A stretch of DNA of 64,000 nucleotides from Bolinopsis microptera (GCF_026151205.1 NC_087076.1:16517142-16581141); one strand, 5' to 3'. Counted from the first letter of the stretch, positions 45,759 through 58,447 are shown. The notes: generated by a model from the letters alone, not told the origin. Program-made: numbers and translations.

Positions 45759-46689
45759 TGAATAAGAATCAAGATGTCTCTTCCCTGCCGGACCTCAGAC
45801 TTTTGTGTTTATAATCGCAATTGAAGATATGGTGGAATGACAGTGGACAGCCCCAAAAAATTTTAATATTATTACTTTTTATATTTCCGACGTTTTGAAT
45901 TAATGGGAATGTTTTATTTTTGTCAAAGTAATCCATTGGTGATTTTATATTTTTACTTAGTCGTTTAATTTTGTTCGCACTTGAGATTTCCTAGCTTATC
46001 AACTTATTGTAATTGTCAATTAATAAAACAAAAGTTAAATTTATTACCAGTTATTCAATGAAACATATCATAAATTCTAATATTGAAAACACTGCACAGA
46101 ATTGATGTCTTAAACTATAATTTTGTTGTCACTAATAATCTATTAACTTTCAAAGTTAAATTTTAGTTAAGTATGAGATGTCACCACTTCATAGTTAGGG
46201 TAAAACATTATTCTTTAATTATAGAATTGAGAAGATTACTCGACGACATGAAATTTAAAATTTAAGCAAGAGCTACTCAATCTTGCTAGAGTATGTGGAG
46301 TAAAATGAACAGATATCGTGGAGTTGGGTATGGCAATTCCTTCGCCTCGTAGCGGGTGCCAACACTCAACCTGTCGATGTGAAAGTCAGTAATGACTTGC
46401 TGCTCTCTGATAGCTCGCACATACTCTTGAACAGATCAGAGGGCTTTGGGCGATGCACTCGGGATTTAAATCCTCTGTGAAAGCCCTCAACCATGTTCGA
46501 GGTTCAAGGGAACTCCGGATCCCGAATGATTCTGGCGAAATGGTTCCAGAATCCTAAGGGATATGCAGGGAGAAGCCTCACCTCACTGTCCACAATGACT
46601 GACCCAAGGTCGCCGAAAGAGGTTGATCTGCAGCTTTCATTTTCAGGGATGTTAGGACTTCTCTTCGTTCACGGGCTGCAAGGTCTGCT

Positions 46690-47040
46690 TCGTGGTTGTG
46701 AGTTTTCGTACTCAATTAGAGAGAATCGTCTGAGAGGGATAGATAGCACAGACACGGACACTTCGTAGGAAGTTTGTGCTTGCAGCACCGCCAATCGCCA
46801 TGCAGATGTGAGGGCCGAATCGCTGTTCTTCTTCCGACAGTAAATGTATCTGTCAGATCAGCCAAGTAGCTGTTGAGATCCTGTCCGACCAGAGATGAAT
46901 TTGGAGAAGGTAGGATAGAATGTAAGAATGCGATATTAACTATTGTCTTACATCTTCAAGTATATATACCTAAGAACACTTGATCGGCTCACTCCCGTTG
47001 CATGCCTTTGGCACGTACGTTTCACATCCCTTGATACGAG

Positions 47041-47072
<32 letters not shown>

Positions 47073-50000
47073 TTTAGCAAGAGCTCCCGTGCCTTATGTG
47101 ATCTACGAGTCGAGCAGTCAGATCATGTTTACTTTTTAATGTACAGCTATGATTTACAGAATTGACATGTGAACTCTACCCTATATCTAGCCCATTTCTG
47201 GGTCAATTAAATTCTACTGATGGATCACATCACTAATTATACGTCACTAATTGGTGATATGATCTGACCCCTGATAATCGGAGGCCCCCTTTGTCGGCCT
47301 CCCGCAAATACTATGTCATGTATATACAGGCTATTATATTTATGTTCATAATCATATCCACCGAATAGAGATTCGGCGGAATGACAGGCTGAGCGCGGTC
47401 CAGTAATGTACCATAAGGTCTTAGAAGTAAGATTTGGAACTATTATTAGCACCAGGAAAAGGATATCAGAAGTTCTGTAAGGTTGCAGGAGAAAAACTAA
47501 GGATCTAATCAGCGAATTTGTTTGTTTAGGCTTTTAAGAATATAATTGAATTGAAATCATTTCGTTTCCACAAAGGAGCAGAATAAATTCAATTATATAA
47601 GTAACAGTTAACACTGCAGTGTCACTATCAGTATTAGTAAATCTACCTCGGCCTCATTACTTGCCTGGGGACCTCAGGATTTTCTGTTCTTATTGAAGAT
47701 GCGGCGGAATGACAGACTGAGCGCCGCCCAGCAACTTATTTACTTTGTACTCCTTTCATTTGTGCGTGTTGTTTAATGTTTATACAGTTACTAGAAAGCC
47801 CGTGGGAACAGGTATGAAGCTAGTAGGTTTCTATTTTTTTGGTAGTCAGTTTTTTATAGAGTTATAGCATCAAAAGTCTCCGTCATAATCGAGTATACAG
47901 CCCATTGAAATGTAGCTCGCACTGAAGTCTGAACTCAACGTAATTACCACAAAACCGATCAAAAGATTAAAACGATCATTGCACGTGCACGTACACATTT
48001 CAACACCGTTACCGGACCATGGTTACTTTGCAACTACCTATTTCTCATCTATTTGCACGTGGGCGGTCGTACAAACAAAAATAATTCTCTGAATTATAGT
48101 AGTACTAGAAAGCCCGTGGTAACAGGGACGAAGCTAGTGGTCTTCTTTGAAAGAAAGTTTTAATCGCATCAAAAAATATCCATCCCAACCGAAGATACAG
48201 CCGATTTAAATACCTATAAAACACTTTAAACACAACGTAATTACCACAAAACCGATCAAAATGACGTTAAAACAATCTTTGCACGTGCATGTGTGCATTA
48301 AAACACCGTTGCTACGGAACCTTCTGGTTGTTACCTTAATTCCTATTTTTCGTCTGATTTGCACGTGGGCGGTCGTACAGTGTACGTACAAACAAAAATA
48401 ATTCTCTGATTCTGAATTATAAGTAAGATAGAAGACTAGAAAGCCCGTGGTAACAGGGATGAACTCATGAAGCTAGTAGTTTTCTATTTATTTGGCAGTC
48501 AGTTTAGCATAGAAGTACTCAATTAGAGAAAATCGTCTGAGATGGATTGATAGCACAGACACGGACACTTCGTAGGAAGTTTGTGCTTGCAGCACCGGCA
48601 GGCAGATGTGAGGGCCGAATCGCTGTTCTTCTTCCGACACTTCTTCCGGCTCACTCCCGTCGCATGCCTTTGGCACGTACGTTTCACATCACTTGATACG
48701 AGAACCCCCCCCCCCCCCCTTTAGCAAGAGCTCCCGTGCCTTATGTGATCTACGAGTCGAGCAGTCAGATCATGTTTACTTCTTAATTTACAGCTATGAT
48801 TTACAGAATTGACATGTGAACTCTACCCTATATCTAGCCCATTTCTTATTAATCAACTACAGCAGGGTGTCAGAATTATTGGCGTGTTTGAAATTTTATG
48901 TGTATTTTATGATGAAATCAATATTTTTCGACGGGTCATAACTTTACTTCTGAATATCGAAATTACAAAATTCAAAAACCGGTCTGTAAACAATCGTCTG
49001 AACTTTTTCTTAATTCAGAATTTTGTGTTGATGTACCTCAAAACCCATAATTTAGGCCGTTATTTAAAGGGTCGATTCCATACTTGGTTAGATTTACGAA
49101 GGAGTAAGGAATTTATGTGTAATTTTTTTTCGGTGAATTTTTTCTGAAATTATTCTTTAGACTAAAGTGCACAGCTCTTCAGGCGATAGCGAAACATATA
49201 GAAAACTATAGATTTTATAAAAGCTCTCTTTCTCCTCTGACTGACGCAATAAAATATAGTCGGGCGGACTCTTCCCGGATTTCAGGGGAATCAGCCGAAG
49301 GCTTTAAGTCCAATAATCCAAATTTTTCTCTTTCGTCGTGATTATCGACGAAATTTAACTTCTTTCGGACTTCGTTTTTAGACTAAACTGTAGTATGAAG
49401 GATTATCTCTCGAATGATCAAGACTCCATAGGAAACTGATCCTCAGAAGTTAAGTTATGATCGTTTCTAAAAGCTTGGGTAAGCTAAAATTTTACGCAAA
49501 ATTGTCTACGCGCCAATAATTATGACACCCTGCTGTATATACAGCAAACACAAGATAATAGGATTTAAATCATAAAATCGAGTGGCCGAGTAGTCTCGAC
49601 TCACCCATAGCTTCTCCATAAACGTCTATCATAAGCTTTGTACACTAAATCGTTGAAATTACTTAACTAAATCTTTTATTTACAATCACAATAATATTCT
49701 TCGTCATAATGAAATAAATTTGAACGAGGTCTGCCCCTCTTTCCTTTGTAGTCAAGACATCCTAAACATGCAAATCTGGGTCAATTAAATTCTAGTGATT
49801 AAATTCTAGTGATGGATCACATCACTATAACTGATGGATCACATCACTAATTATACGTTACTAATTGGTGATATGATCTGACCCCTGATAATCGGAGGCC
49901 CCCTTTGTCGGCCTCCCGCAAATACTATGTCATGTATGTACAGGCTATTATATTTATGTTCATAATCATATCCACCGAATAGAGATTCGGCGGAATGACA

Positions 50001-50640
50001 GGCTGAGCGAGGTCCAGTAATGTACCATAAGGTCTTAGAAGTAAGATTTGGAACTATTATTAGCACCAGGAAAAGGATATCAGAAGTTCTGTAAGTTTGC
50101 AGGAGAAAAACTAAGGATCTAATCAGCGAATTTGTTTGTTTAGGCTTTTAGGAATAGAATTGAATTGAAATCATCTCGTTTCCACTAAGGAGCAGAATAA
50201 ATTCAATTATAGTTAAACTGCAGTGTCACTATCAGTATTAGTAAATCTACCTCGGCATTATTACTTGCCTGGGGACCTCAGGATTTTCTGTTCTGATTGA
50301 AGATGCGGCGGAATGACAGACTGAGCGCCGCCCAGCAACTTATTTACTTTGTACTTGTTGTTTGTTTGTTTGGGGACTGGTTTGTAAGCCAGCCAATGTT
50401 TACGAGTACTCCTTTCATTTGTGCGTGTTGTTTATACAGTTACTAAGAAAGCCCGTGGGAACAGGGATGAAGCTAGTAGGTTTCTATTTTTTGGTAGTCA
50501 GTTTTTTATAGAGTTATAGCATCAAAAGTCTCCGTCATAATCGAGTATACTGATACAGCCCATTGAAATGTAGCTCGCACTGAAGTCTGAACACAACGTA
50601 ATTACCACAAAACCGTTGGTGGTAAGTGGTTTAATTAATG
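46690..50640. repeat. Nested segmental tandem-duplication array with blocks A, B and C (about 94% identical copies)
   Basis: A1 46700-47199 matches A2 48520-48850; A1 carries an extra 140 bp and a C33 run in place of C15. B1 47200-47790 matches B2 49780-50445. C is a ~315-bp unit x3 at 47792, 48107 and 48428 (actagaaagcccgtgg..gcacgtgggcggtcgtaca), with a partial copy at 50440-50620. Confidence 0.8.
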
Positions 50641-51092
50641 GTTTTGTACCACAAATGTGACATAAAATGGCTCACTTTTTCTCCCTCCTCGCTCTCTCTC
50701 CCATTACTGCATATAATATGCAGCGTGGGTACATAAATCATAATTAGGTTAGCCGCGAGAATCACTGTCATGTAATACTATAAGCTTATTAGAGAGGGGG
50801 GGGGGGGAGAAAGTGAAGTCCCGGCCGTAGGCATAAGGCACAGGTTACACTAGTATCATCATACAAATGAAGCTCATGCTTAATCATTACACTTACAGAA
50901 AGCACACAGAGTAATGCTTAAGTTCGGTAACAGAAATAATTTTCTAAAGAAGGCATATAATTATTCTCGCTCTCTCTCCTCAAAACCAAACGGATTCCTT
51001 GAGCAACACGAAAGGTATGACTATTGAAACCTATCACTCATGTCATACTGCACTAACGATTCCAAAGTAATGCCAGTCTTTCTTATTGAACA

Positions 51093-51293
51093 ATGAACAA
51101 TGAACATCCGAATTATTTGCGGACTCAATTTCTCAGTGTTGAAACAAGACATGCTAAGGACAACGCTGAGGTTGTAATAATTGGAGGAGGATGTGTTGGT
51201 ACTAGTTTGGCGTATCATCTCGCAAAGTTTGGAGTGAAAAATGTGGTGCTTCTTGAGAAAACTGAACTCACTGCTGGATCAACATATAGTGCA
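51093..51293 (+). CDS. DMGDH: DMGDH-like exon 1
   Basis: Encodes [67 protein letters not shown]. An in-frame TGA lies 6 nt upstream. It has donor gtaagt. Confidence 0.75.
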
Positions 51294-51394
51294 GTAAGTA
51301 TCGTCATCTGTATGAGATTTTGTTGAAACATTCGAGATTTTTGATTTTTTTCTTCAACTATTATTTCGAAGTAATTTCGGACAAAATCTTGTAG

Positions 51395-51493
51395 GCTGGT
51401 CTGACAACATACTATAATCATGGTATCAACATGCGGAACCTACATTACGAGTCACTTAAGCTTTTCGAAACAATTGAAGCAGAAACTGATCAG
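51395..51493 (+). CDS. DMGDH: DMGDH-like exon 2
   Basis: Encodes AGLTTYYNHGINMRNLHYESLKLFETIEAETDQ. It has donor gtaaat. Confidence 0.8.
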
Positions 51494-51626
51494 GTAAATC
51501 ATAAACTATAGATGAAAGAATTTCAAATAAGTTTCACCATCTAAAATTTTTTGGATTTTGAAGTTTTGCTTTTTTACTCATTAGAGCTGAATTTATCCCT
51601 AAAGTTGACGAAAATGTTAATTTCAG

Positions 51627-51694
51627 GAAATTGGATTTAACGCCACTGGTTCACTCCGTTTGGCCCATACAAAAGAACATTTCAACGAGTTCAA
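51627..51694 (+). CDS. DMGDH: DMGDH-like exon 3
   Basis: Encodes EIGFNATGSLRLAHTKEHFNEF. It has donor gtaaga. Confidence 0.7.
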
Positions 51695-51907
51695 GTAAGA
51701 ATATTTATTATGTAGCAGTTATAGATACTTCTCTTGCAATCAAATGAATTAAAATTTATAACTTGATATTGATTGTTGAATTCCGACAATTTGGCTGAAA
51801 TTCTTATATTATAACCTATGCAGTAATCTTTGACACGATTACAAATGCATCTAATCATCAGATACTGATAATGGTAATGATTACCTCTGAACCATCTTTC
51901 TGTCCAG

Positions 51908-52064
51908 ATACATGATGAGCCGACATACGTGGCACCGAGCCAACGAGCATCTAGTTGACCCCGACACTATAGAACAGATGCATCCTTTTCTGAACATGGA
52001 GGGAATTAAAGGGGGGTTATACACCCCTGGTGATGGTCATACCGACCCTTATAGTCTTACTATG
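51908..52064 (+). CDS. DMGDH: DMGDH-like exon 4
   Basis: Encodes KYMMSRHTWHRANEHLVDPDTIEQMHPFLNMEGIKGGLYTPGDGHTDPYSLTM. It has donor gtgggt. Confidence 0.8.
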
Positions 52065-52175
52065 GTGGGTTCTATAATAGTCATACCTTCTAAAACAACA
52101 CCATCTAAATCAAATTTTTATTACCTTTAAAAAATTCGCCCTAACTGAAAGGTCTTATAACAACCGTTCATGCAG

Positions 52176-52268
52176 GCGTATGCTAAAGGAGCCCGAATGT
52201 ATGGAGCAACATTAGTGCAAGACTGTATAGTCACTGGCACTAAACAGAGGGCTGACGGAACATGGGAG
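52176..52268 (+). CDS. DMGDH: DMGDH-like exon 5
   Basis: Encodes AYAKGARMYGATLVQDCIVTGTKQRADGTWE. It has donor gtaagg. Confidence 0.8.
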
Positions 52269-52386
52269 GTAAGGTTTTGTTGACCTTTGTTAACCACTCC
52301 AATTACTCCAAAATTAATTTAGTGAGTGTTGTTGTGTATCACATCTCTGCTATTTTATGTGCTATTAATGACGACAATTTGGACAG

Positions 52387-52505
52387 GTGGATACACCTTC
52401 TGGAAAAATAAACACAAAGCAACTGGTGAACGCTGCCGGATTCCACGCCAGAGAAATCGGGCAGATGTCGGGGCTTAATCTACCTCTTGCTCCTGTACAC
52501 CATCA
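52387..52505 (+). CDS. DMGDH: DMGDH-like exon 6
   Basis: Encodes VDTPSGKINTKQLVNAAGFHAREIGQMSGLNLPLAPVHH(Q). It has donor gtacgt. Confidence 0.8.
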
Positions 52506-52743
52506 GTACGTATTGGTTTTCAAATTGAGCTAAAATCTATGACATTAAAGACAAAATGTTATAATTGAATTATAATTGAATTATAATTGATCAATTATAA
52601 TTGATGAGTGTGATTGGTAGTTCAAAATTGTAGTATTGCATGTTAGCTTCTCATTGTCCTAATATTAGTGACCAATAACACTAATTGGTCACTAATTAAT
52701 CACACAAATTAACACAAATTATAACAATTAATCAACACCTCAG

Positions 52744-52862
52744 GTACCTGGTTTCTGCAAGTGTTCCCTTATTGGAAGACTGGCAGAAGAACCAGAACGG
52801 TCGTCAGATTCCAACTATTCGGGATCTTAGAGGTTCTTACTACGTGAGACAGGAACGAACAG
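52744..52862 (+). CDS. DMGDH: DMGDH-like exon 7
   Basis: Encodes YLVSASVPLLEDWQKNQNGRQIPTIRDLRGSYYVRQERT. The donor gttgct is weak. Confidence 0.7.
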
Positions 52863-53204
52863 GTTGCTAGTCATAACTATAAGGACAATATTGTAATGTG
52901 TGCTGTTTTAACGGGTGATACTCGTAAAATATTTGTTCCAAATATTAGGACCGTCGACGAGTCCAACTCGGCGCGCGTCCTGGTAGGTTATAAACCTACA
53001 AGTGCTGTTGTGACATTGTTTGATAAATTAAGTCCCCAAGAAGCCTGAAGCTAAAAAAATGAGTTGGTTTTGTATTTTTGGCTGCAGATAATGCCAACCA
53101 GAAATATTATAGCTGTGGTTCACTAAAGACGCTTAATTAAATTCTTGTATTTGTGTTTCTACTGTATTCCATCTACAACATTGTGACAACGTTAACAAAA
53201 CCAG

Positions 53205-53383
53205 GACTATTGATTGGACCGTACGAGGCACCAGATAAGATGAAGATTCAGGAGGACTGGTATGATAACGGCATCCCTAGAGGTTTCTCTAAAGAAGCAT
53301 ACGAAAGTGATTTGGATCGTATTGATAGGTGCATAGAACATTGTATGGAACTGATGCCAATAATGCAGGAAACTGAAATTCAG
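53205..53383 (+). CDS. DMGDH: DMGDH-like exon 8
   Basis: Encodes (G)LLIGPYEAPDKMKIQEDWYDNGIPRGFSKEAYESDLDRIDRCIEHCMELMPIMQETEIQ. It has donor gttagc. Confidence 0.8.
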
Positions 53384-54098
53384 GTTAGCAGTTAACTTAT
53401 TTAGGTTAGGATTTTAGATCCAAGAAATAGAAATTTGACCAAAACCCATAATCATGGGTAGAGTGAACCGCTGCCGGTGTCTCTCTTTTCCAAACAAAAG
53501 GAAATGATATTAATTTGAGGAACCGTCCGCAAATGCAAATTGATACCGAGAATAAAATCGGTCGCTCGCTTTTCCCATTCAATAAGCTTTATTACAATTC
53601 GTAAGCCGATTTTTTTACAGTAGATTTGGTCAACGTCTAGACGCCCTGTAAAATTTCAGATCTCTAACTCATTTTTAACATGGTTTTTAAGGCACCTGAA
53701 TATGGCGATTTTGGGTTTTTTACCTAATTTCGTATAACATGCTGGCCCGTATTTTGCGCAAATTTCTTAAAAACCTCCACATAACTATTTCTTATTCCTG
53801 TCATCTTTAACATTGAATTAGAATGTTTTGAACTTAAATATACCTGCTGAACTACTTTCGATGAGTCTTAATGCCTGAAAAACAATAAAGGGGATATAAT
53901 AGTATAGGGGGTAAATAGTATTGTGAATATAATGGCAACGGTAATGCTTGCCAGCATTGTGATAGACTGTTGTAAATAAAACCCTCATTTAATTTCGCTT
54001 TTAAGAAATTAAATCTTCCGGTAATATTATACCCAGAATAATTGCTATCGCTAACTTAAGTTCAGAGAAACCTGGAATTTCTAGAAATACTTCCGCAG

Positions 54099-54244
54099 AA
54101 CGCGATAGCAGGACCGATTACATACTCTCCCGACATGTTACCGATGATGGGACCAACTCACCACCTAACTAATTACTGGCTAACAGTCGGATTTGGCTGC
54201 TTCGGTATTGTGCATTCTGGAGGTGCTGGAAAATACCTTGCTAG
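54099..54244 (+). CDS. DMGDH: DMGDH-like exon 9
   Basis: Encodes [48 protein letters not shown]. It has donor gtcagt. Confidence 0.75.
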
Positions 54245-54410
54245 GTCAGTTTTCTCGCTAAATTCCTTGCTACATTACCTGCTTTTGGGCAGTTAGGATA
54301 GCTTAGCATGTAATTGAATCTCATAATGCAAAATAAAACTGGTAAACATAATATGAATATCTTATGGTACGGCACAAGCACGTGGTAGTCGAGTGACGTA
54401 GTCACGAGAC

Positions 54411-56920
54411 ATGCCCCCGTGACACAGCACTCTGCTGCAATGGCCATTCACAAGCGTCTCAGAGTAAAACCGGTTTTTCTGAATATCTATGTGAGATTAG
54501 ATTCACAATTCACATCCTTATAGTTCTAGAGAACAGCACGGGTCAAGCATGAAGTATCATTTTAAATGTTTTAAATTAGAGTAGATCGGAAAGGAACTAC
54601 TTTCATAAATTTGAACAGGAAATTATCACCAACAATAATTTGAAAATATATTCAAGTTTTATTTATCAAAACTACCTGGTAAAGCGGATTTAAATAAAGC
54701 GCTTTTTTCACTCCTAATAATTAAGGCGACTAATCATTTCTTAAGAACAAGCACCATCGACACACTGTTTTATGCAGGTGTAACGGAAACTGACATTATT
54801 AAGAGGACCAGACACAGGAAGATGTGGACTCACCTATCGGATGGAACCCTGAATAAGTCTCAGTTAGACTTTATTCTAGTGAGGAAGAAGTGGAGGAACA
54901 GTGTCAAAAATACTGAAGTCTACAGCTTCTTTAGTACACTGGGTACTGATCATAGACTTGTTTTGTCTAAGATCAAGCTATCTCTTCGACGAGCAAAAAA
55001 GCAACCCAAGAAAACCTGGTATAATTGGGGAGAACTTAAATCGGATGAAGACCTACAGAAGAGATATGCAGTAGAAGTCAAGAATCGGTACTCTGCTTTA
55101 TGCGAGCAAACCGATGAAAGTGAGGTTACGGAACTGTATGGGCATTTTGTTGATGCGATTGCTGATACCAACAAAGCCATACTGCCTAAGAGAGAAAAGA
55201 AGAGACGTGACGATTTCGCGGGTGATCAGCGAGTTCAAAGCGTGCGTACAGCCTTGCAGCAAGCAGAGACTGTCTATCACCGAGATCCTAGTGAAGACAG
55301 TCGACTGTCTGTTAAGCTACTAAAAACTGAACTGGATCAGGTGTACCAGGACATCTTTGAAGAAGATCTAGTTGCCAAGGTTAGAAGGGTCGAAATGGCT
55401 GCAGACAGATGCAAAAACAAAGAAAGTTGGAATGTCATAAATGAGATAACTGGCAGGAAGGCCAAGGGGGCAACTCAAATAAGGGGCAACGGAGCCGAAG
55501 AAAGGAAGAAAAATTGGCTTGGACATTTCACGAATCTGTTAGGGAGTATACCGGATGTGGAAAACGAGCATCCTAGGATCGAGAATCAATTTGAAGGACT
55601 CAACATCAGTACAGAACCTTTTACTGTGGATGAGCTTAAAGCTGCTAAACACAGGATAAAAGAAGGTAAAGCACCAGGTGATGACGGCATACCACCTGAA
55701 GTCCTCAAAAGATGCGACCTGGATGACATCGTGCTGTCCTTCTGCAACAAAGCCCTGACAGATGGTATTGCGCCAGATCAGTGGAGGATAAGTAACATCA
55801 TCCCGGTTCCCAAAAAGGGAGACCTGACCAACCCTGGAAACTGGAGGGGGATATCTTTGACTTCTCTCGTAGCTAAGACTCTTAATAGAATGGTGCTTAA
55901 TAGGATCCAGCCGGCTATAGAGGGGGTACTTAGGGACACTCAGAATGGTTTTCGGGAAGGACGGTCCACTACTAGTCACATCTTGGCACTCAGAAGGATT
56001 CTAGAGGGGGCTAGACAGAGAAATTTACCGGTAGCTATGGTGTTTGTTAATTTTAAGAAGGCCTTTGATTCACTTCACCGGGGAATTTTGATGCAAATAC
56101 TAAAGGCCTATGGAATACCGGACAGTATTGTAGATATCATTAATCTTCTCTATGTCAACACGAAGGGCAAACTTATAACACCAGATGGGGATACCGAGCT
56201 ATTTGATATCCTGGCAGGAGTTCTTCAAGGGGATACATTAGCACCATACTTGTTCATTGTAGCCCTTGACTATTGCATGAGACAAGCCTTAAGCAAGCAT
56301 CCTGAAATAGGATTTACCATTAAGCCTTATCGGAGTAGGAGAGTCAAGGCGGAGAAGATAACAGACACTGGTTTTGCAGATGACATTGCTCTGATAGCAG
56401 ATACTGTAAAGGAGGCAGAGATGCTGATGCTAGAGGTAGAAAGAGTTGCTGCTACAGTGGGACTTAAAATGAACGAAGGGAAAACCAAATTCATTACTCA
56501 GAACATCGAGAACCCTGATACCATCAAGTCCCTGGGTAACAACACAATAGAGCACGTGGAAGACTTTACCTATCTTGGTTCTAGAATCAGAGACAGTGAG
56601 AGTGATATCAGGGTTAGGAAAGGAAGAGCATGGGGAGCATGCCACACTCTCAAAAAACTTTGGAAATCTAACCTTAGAAAGTCTATCAAGACCAGAGTGT
56701 TCACAGCACTAGTCGAGTCGGTACTGAACAAACTGATCCTCTGGAAGCCGAGTCATGGGCATACTAACAGGGGGCGACCTTACCTAACACTACTAGATAA
56801 CCTAAATCAGTAGATGAGATAGCTAGACTGATGGAGGACAGAAAGCTGTGGAGAACTGTTGTCAATGGATCTCGGGAATACTACCCGCCTTAAGTCAGTC
56901 AAGTCAGTCAGACACAGGAG
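54411..56920 (+). mobile_element. A 5'-truncated non-LTR retrotransposon (partial endonuclease plus reverse transcriptase) inserted in DMGDH-like intron 9, flanked by a 14-bp direct repeat
   Basis: ORF 54822-56813 (663 aa) has endonuclease C-terminal motifs (DFILVRKK, GTDHRLV) and reverse-transcriptase motifs (GDDGIPPEVLK, FADDIALIAD). CGTAGTCACGAGAC occurs at 54397-54410 and 56921-56934. The 3' end is (AAGTCAGTC)2. Confidence 0.6.
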
Positions 56921-57061
56921 CGTAGTCACGAGACGTAATGGATGAGACATCAAAATAAATGAAAATTCCTGGCACAAAAAGATCGAATAGGACCGGGTCC
57001 TTGCACGCTAATCCTCTCAATCTCACCTCAAAACTCAATTAAAAGATCTGCCAAAAAATGC

Positions 57062-57108
57062 GTTACTCAATAAGTTGTTTGGAGTATACAAACAACTTAT
57101 TGAGTAAC
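57062..57108. repeat. Perfect hairpin with 20-bp arms and a 7-nt loop
   Basis: gttactcaataagttgtttg - gagtata - caaacaacttattgagtaac. Confidence 0.85.
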
Positions 57109-57738
57109 TAAAAACCGGTTTTACACGTGCCCACAAGTAAGCATCCAATGAAATAGAGGAAATCTTTCACGTGACACGCAAGAATGATCATGCTATAGGC
57201 CACGTGGATCGTCTCTGATTGGTCAGCGTTACGGAAGAAAATAGAAAAACGTGTTTTTTTAATTGTTAATTAAGTCCAAATTTGTTTTTTTGTCGCAAAT
57301 TGTAGCCTTATCTATCTTGATTTTTTTATTAAATACTTTTCAAATTTTACAGAGTACAGCAATAGATGAATATAAAATAGAATCGTTCAAAATATCGCCC
57401 CCATCTGTAAAATATGATGGGCACCCAAACACGGTAAACACATACTGAACTATGTCCGCAGTAACTTGGACCCATTACATCGAATTAATCTAAATCCAAA
57501 AATTTATGAAAAACTATTTAAGAACAAACAAATCCATGGTGAATAACTGTGGATATAGAGTCAAAATTGGTATTTCAATACGTCAAATTCCAGATACATT
57601 AGATAATAGATAATAGATAGATGTGCCGTACCATAAGTAAGTTATGGAACAATTGTCGGAACTCGTGCCTTCGGCACTCGTTGCTCCAGCAGTTCCATAA
57701 CCTACCTTATAGCTCACTCCTTGCAAATTGTCTATCAG

Positions 57739-57950
57739 ATGGATGATAAACGGAGAACCTGACTACGACCTGATAGAATGTGATCCAGATAGATTTTCTG
57801 ACTGGACGGACAGGAAGTTTCTAATGGAGAAGGCTCGAGAGTCCTACGGAATGAACACCTCACCTGCGTATCCTAAAGAGGAGAGGTGGGCAGGACGACC
57901 TACAGAGAGGGTGAGCGGAGCTTACCAGGAAATTAAAGAAAGAGGAGCTG
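57739..57950 (+). CDS. DMGDH: DMGDH-like exon 10
   Basis: Encodes (R)WMINGEPDYDLIECDPDRFSDWTDRKFLMEKARESYGMNTSPAYPKEERWAGRPTERVSGAYQEIKERGA. It has donor gtaggt. Confidence 0.8.
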
Positions 57951-58064
57951 GTAGGTGCAGAGTTCCTCACTTCTTTTTTAGGTAGGTTCAGTCTTTTTAG
58001 TCTTTTGTTCACTTTAACATTTAAAACAAGCGACACATAATGCTAGATTACCTTTTAACTACAG

Positions 58065-58300
58065 CGTTTGGGTTCAATGCTGGGTGGGAACAGGCGCGCT
58101 TCTTTGCAACTCAAGGGGAACTCAAGACCACACCAGCCTGTTACACGAGGAAACATTGGCATGATGCCGTAGGCAGAGAAGTTGATCTCCTTCTCAACGG
58201 AGTTGGTGTAGCTGATCTCACTTATTTCGGGAAGTTCATTTTGGAAGGTCCAGGTGCAACTAAGTTCCTCTCCTCGATGGTTGCTAATACTCTACCCAAG
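58065..58300 (+). CDS. DMGDH: DMGDH-like exon 11
   Basis: Encodes FGFNAGWEQARFFATQGELKTTPACYTRKHWHDAVGREVDLLLNGVGVADLTYFGKFILEGPGATKFLSSMVANTLPK. It has donor gtctgt. Confidence 0.8.
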
Positions 58301-58447
58301 GTCTGTAAATGGTACAAAACAAATGCTAATGTTCGTGTAAACTGTGCCAAATGTTCACAACTCAAAACCCACTAATATTCAGCCACCGTCAATATTGAAT
58401 TCAACGTTCATTCTCTATCAAACATCTGATGATACGAATATTTACAG

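Noticed and set aside
47237-50066. Two near-identical 71-aa ORFs at 47237-47452 and 49851-50066, which could be read as a conserved small gene
   Set aside because: Their conservation is explained by the B-block segmental duplication. They have no start context or homology, and the surrounding DNA is repeat-derived.
46690-50640. A direct-repeat array that could be read as CRISPR-like
   Set aside because: The sequence is eukaryotic. The repeat units are 300-600 bp with nested structure, there are no short uniform spacers, and there are no cas genes.
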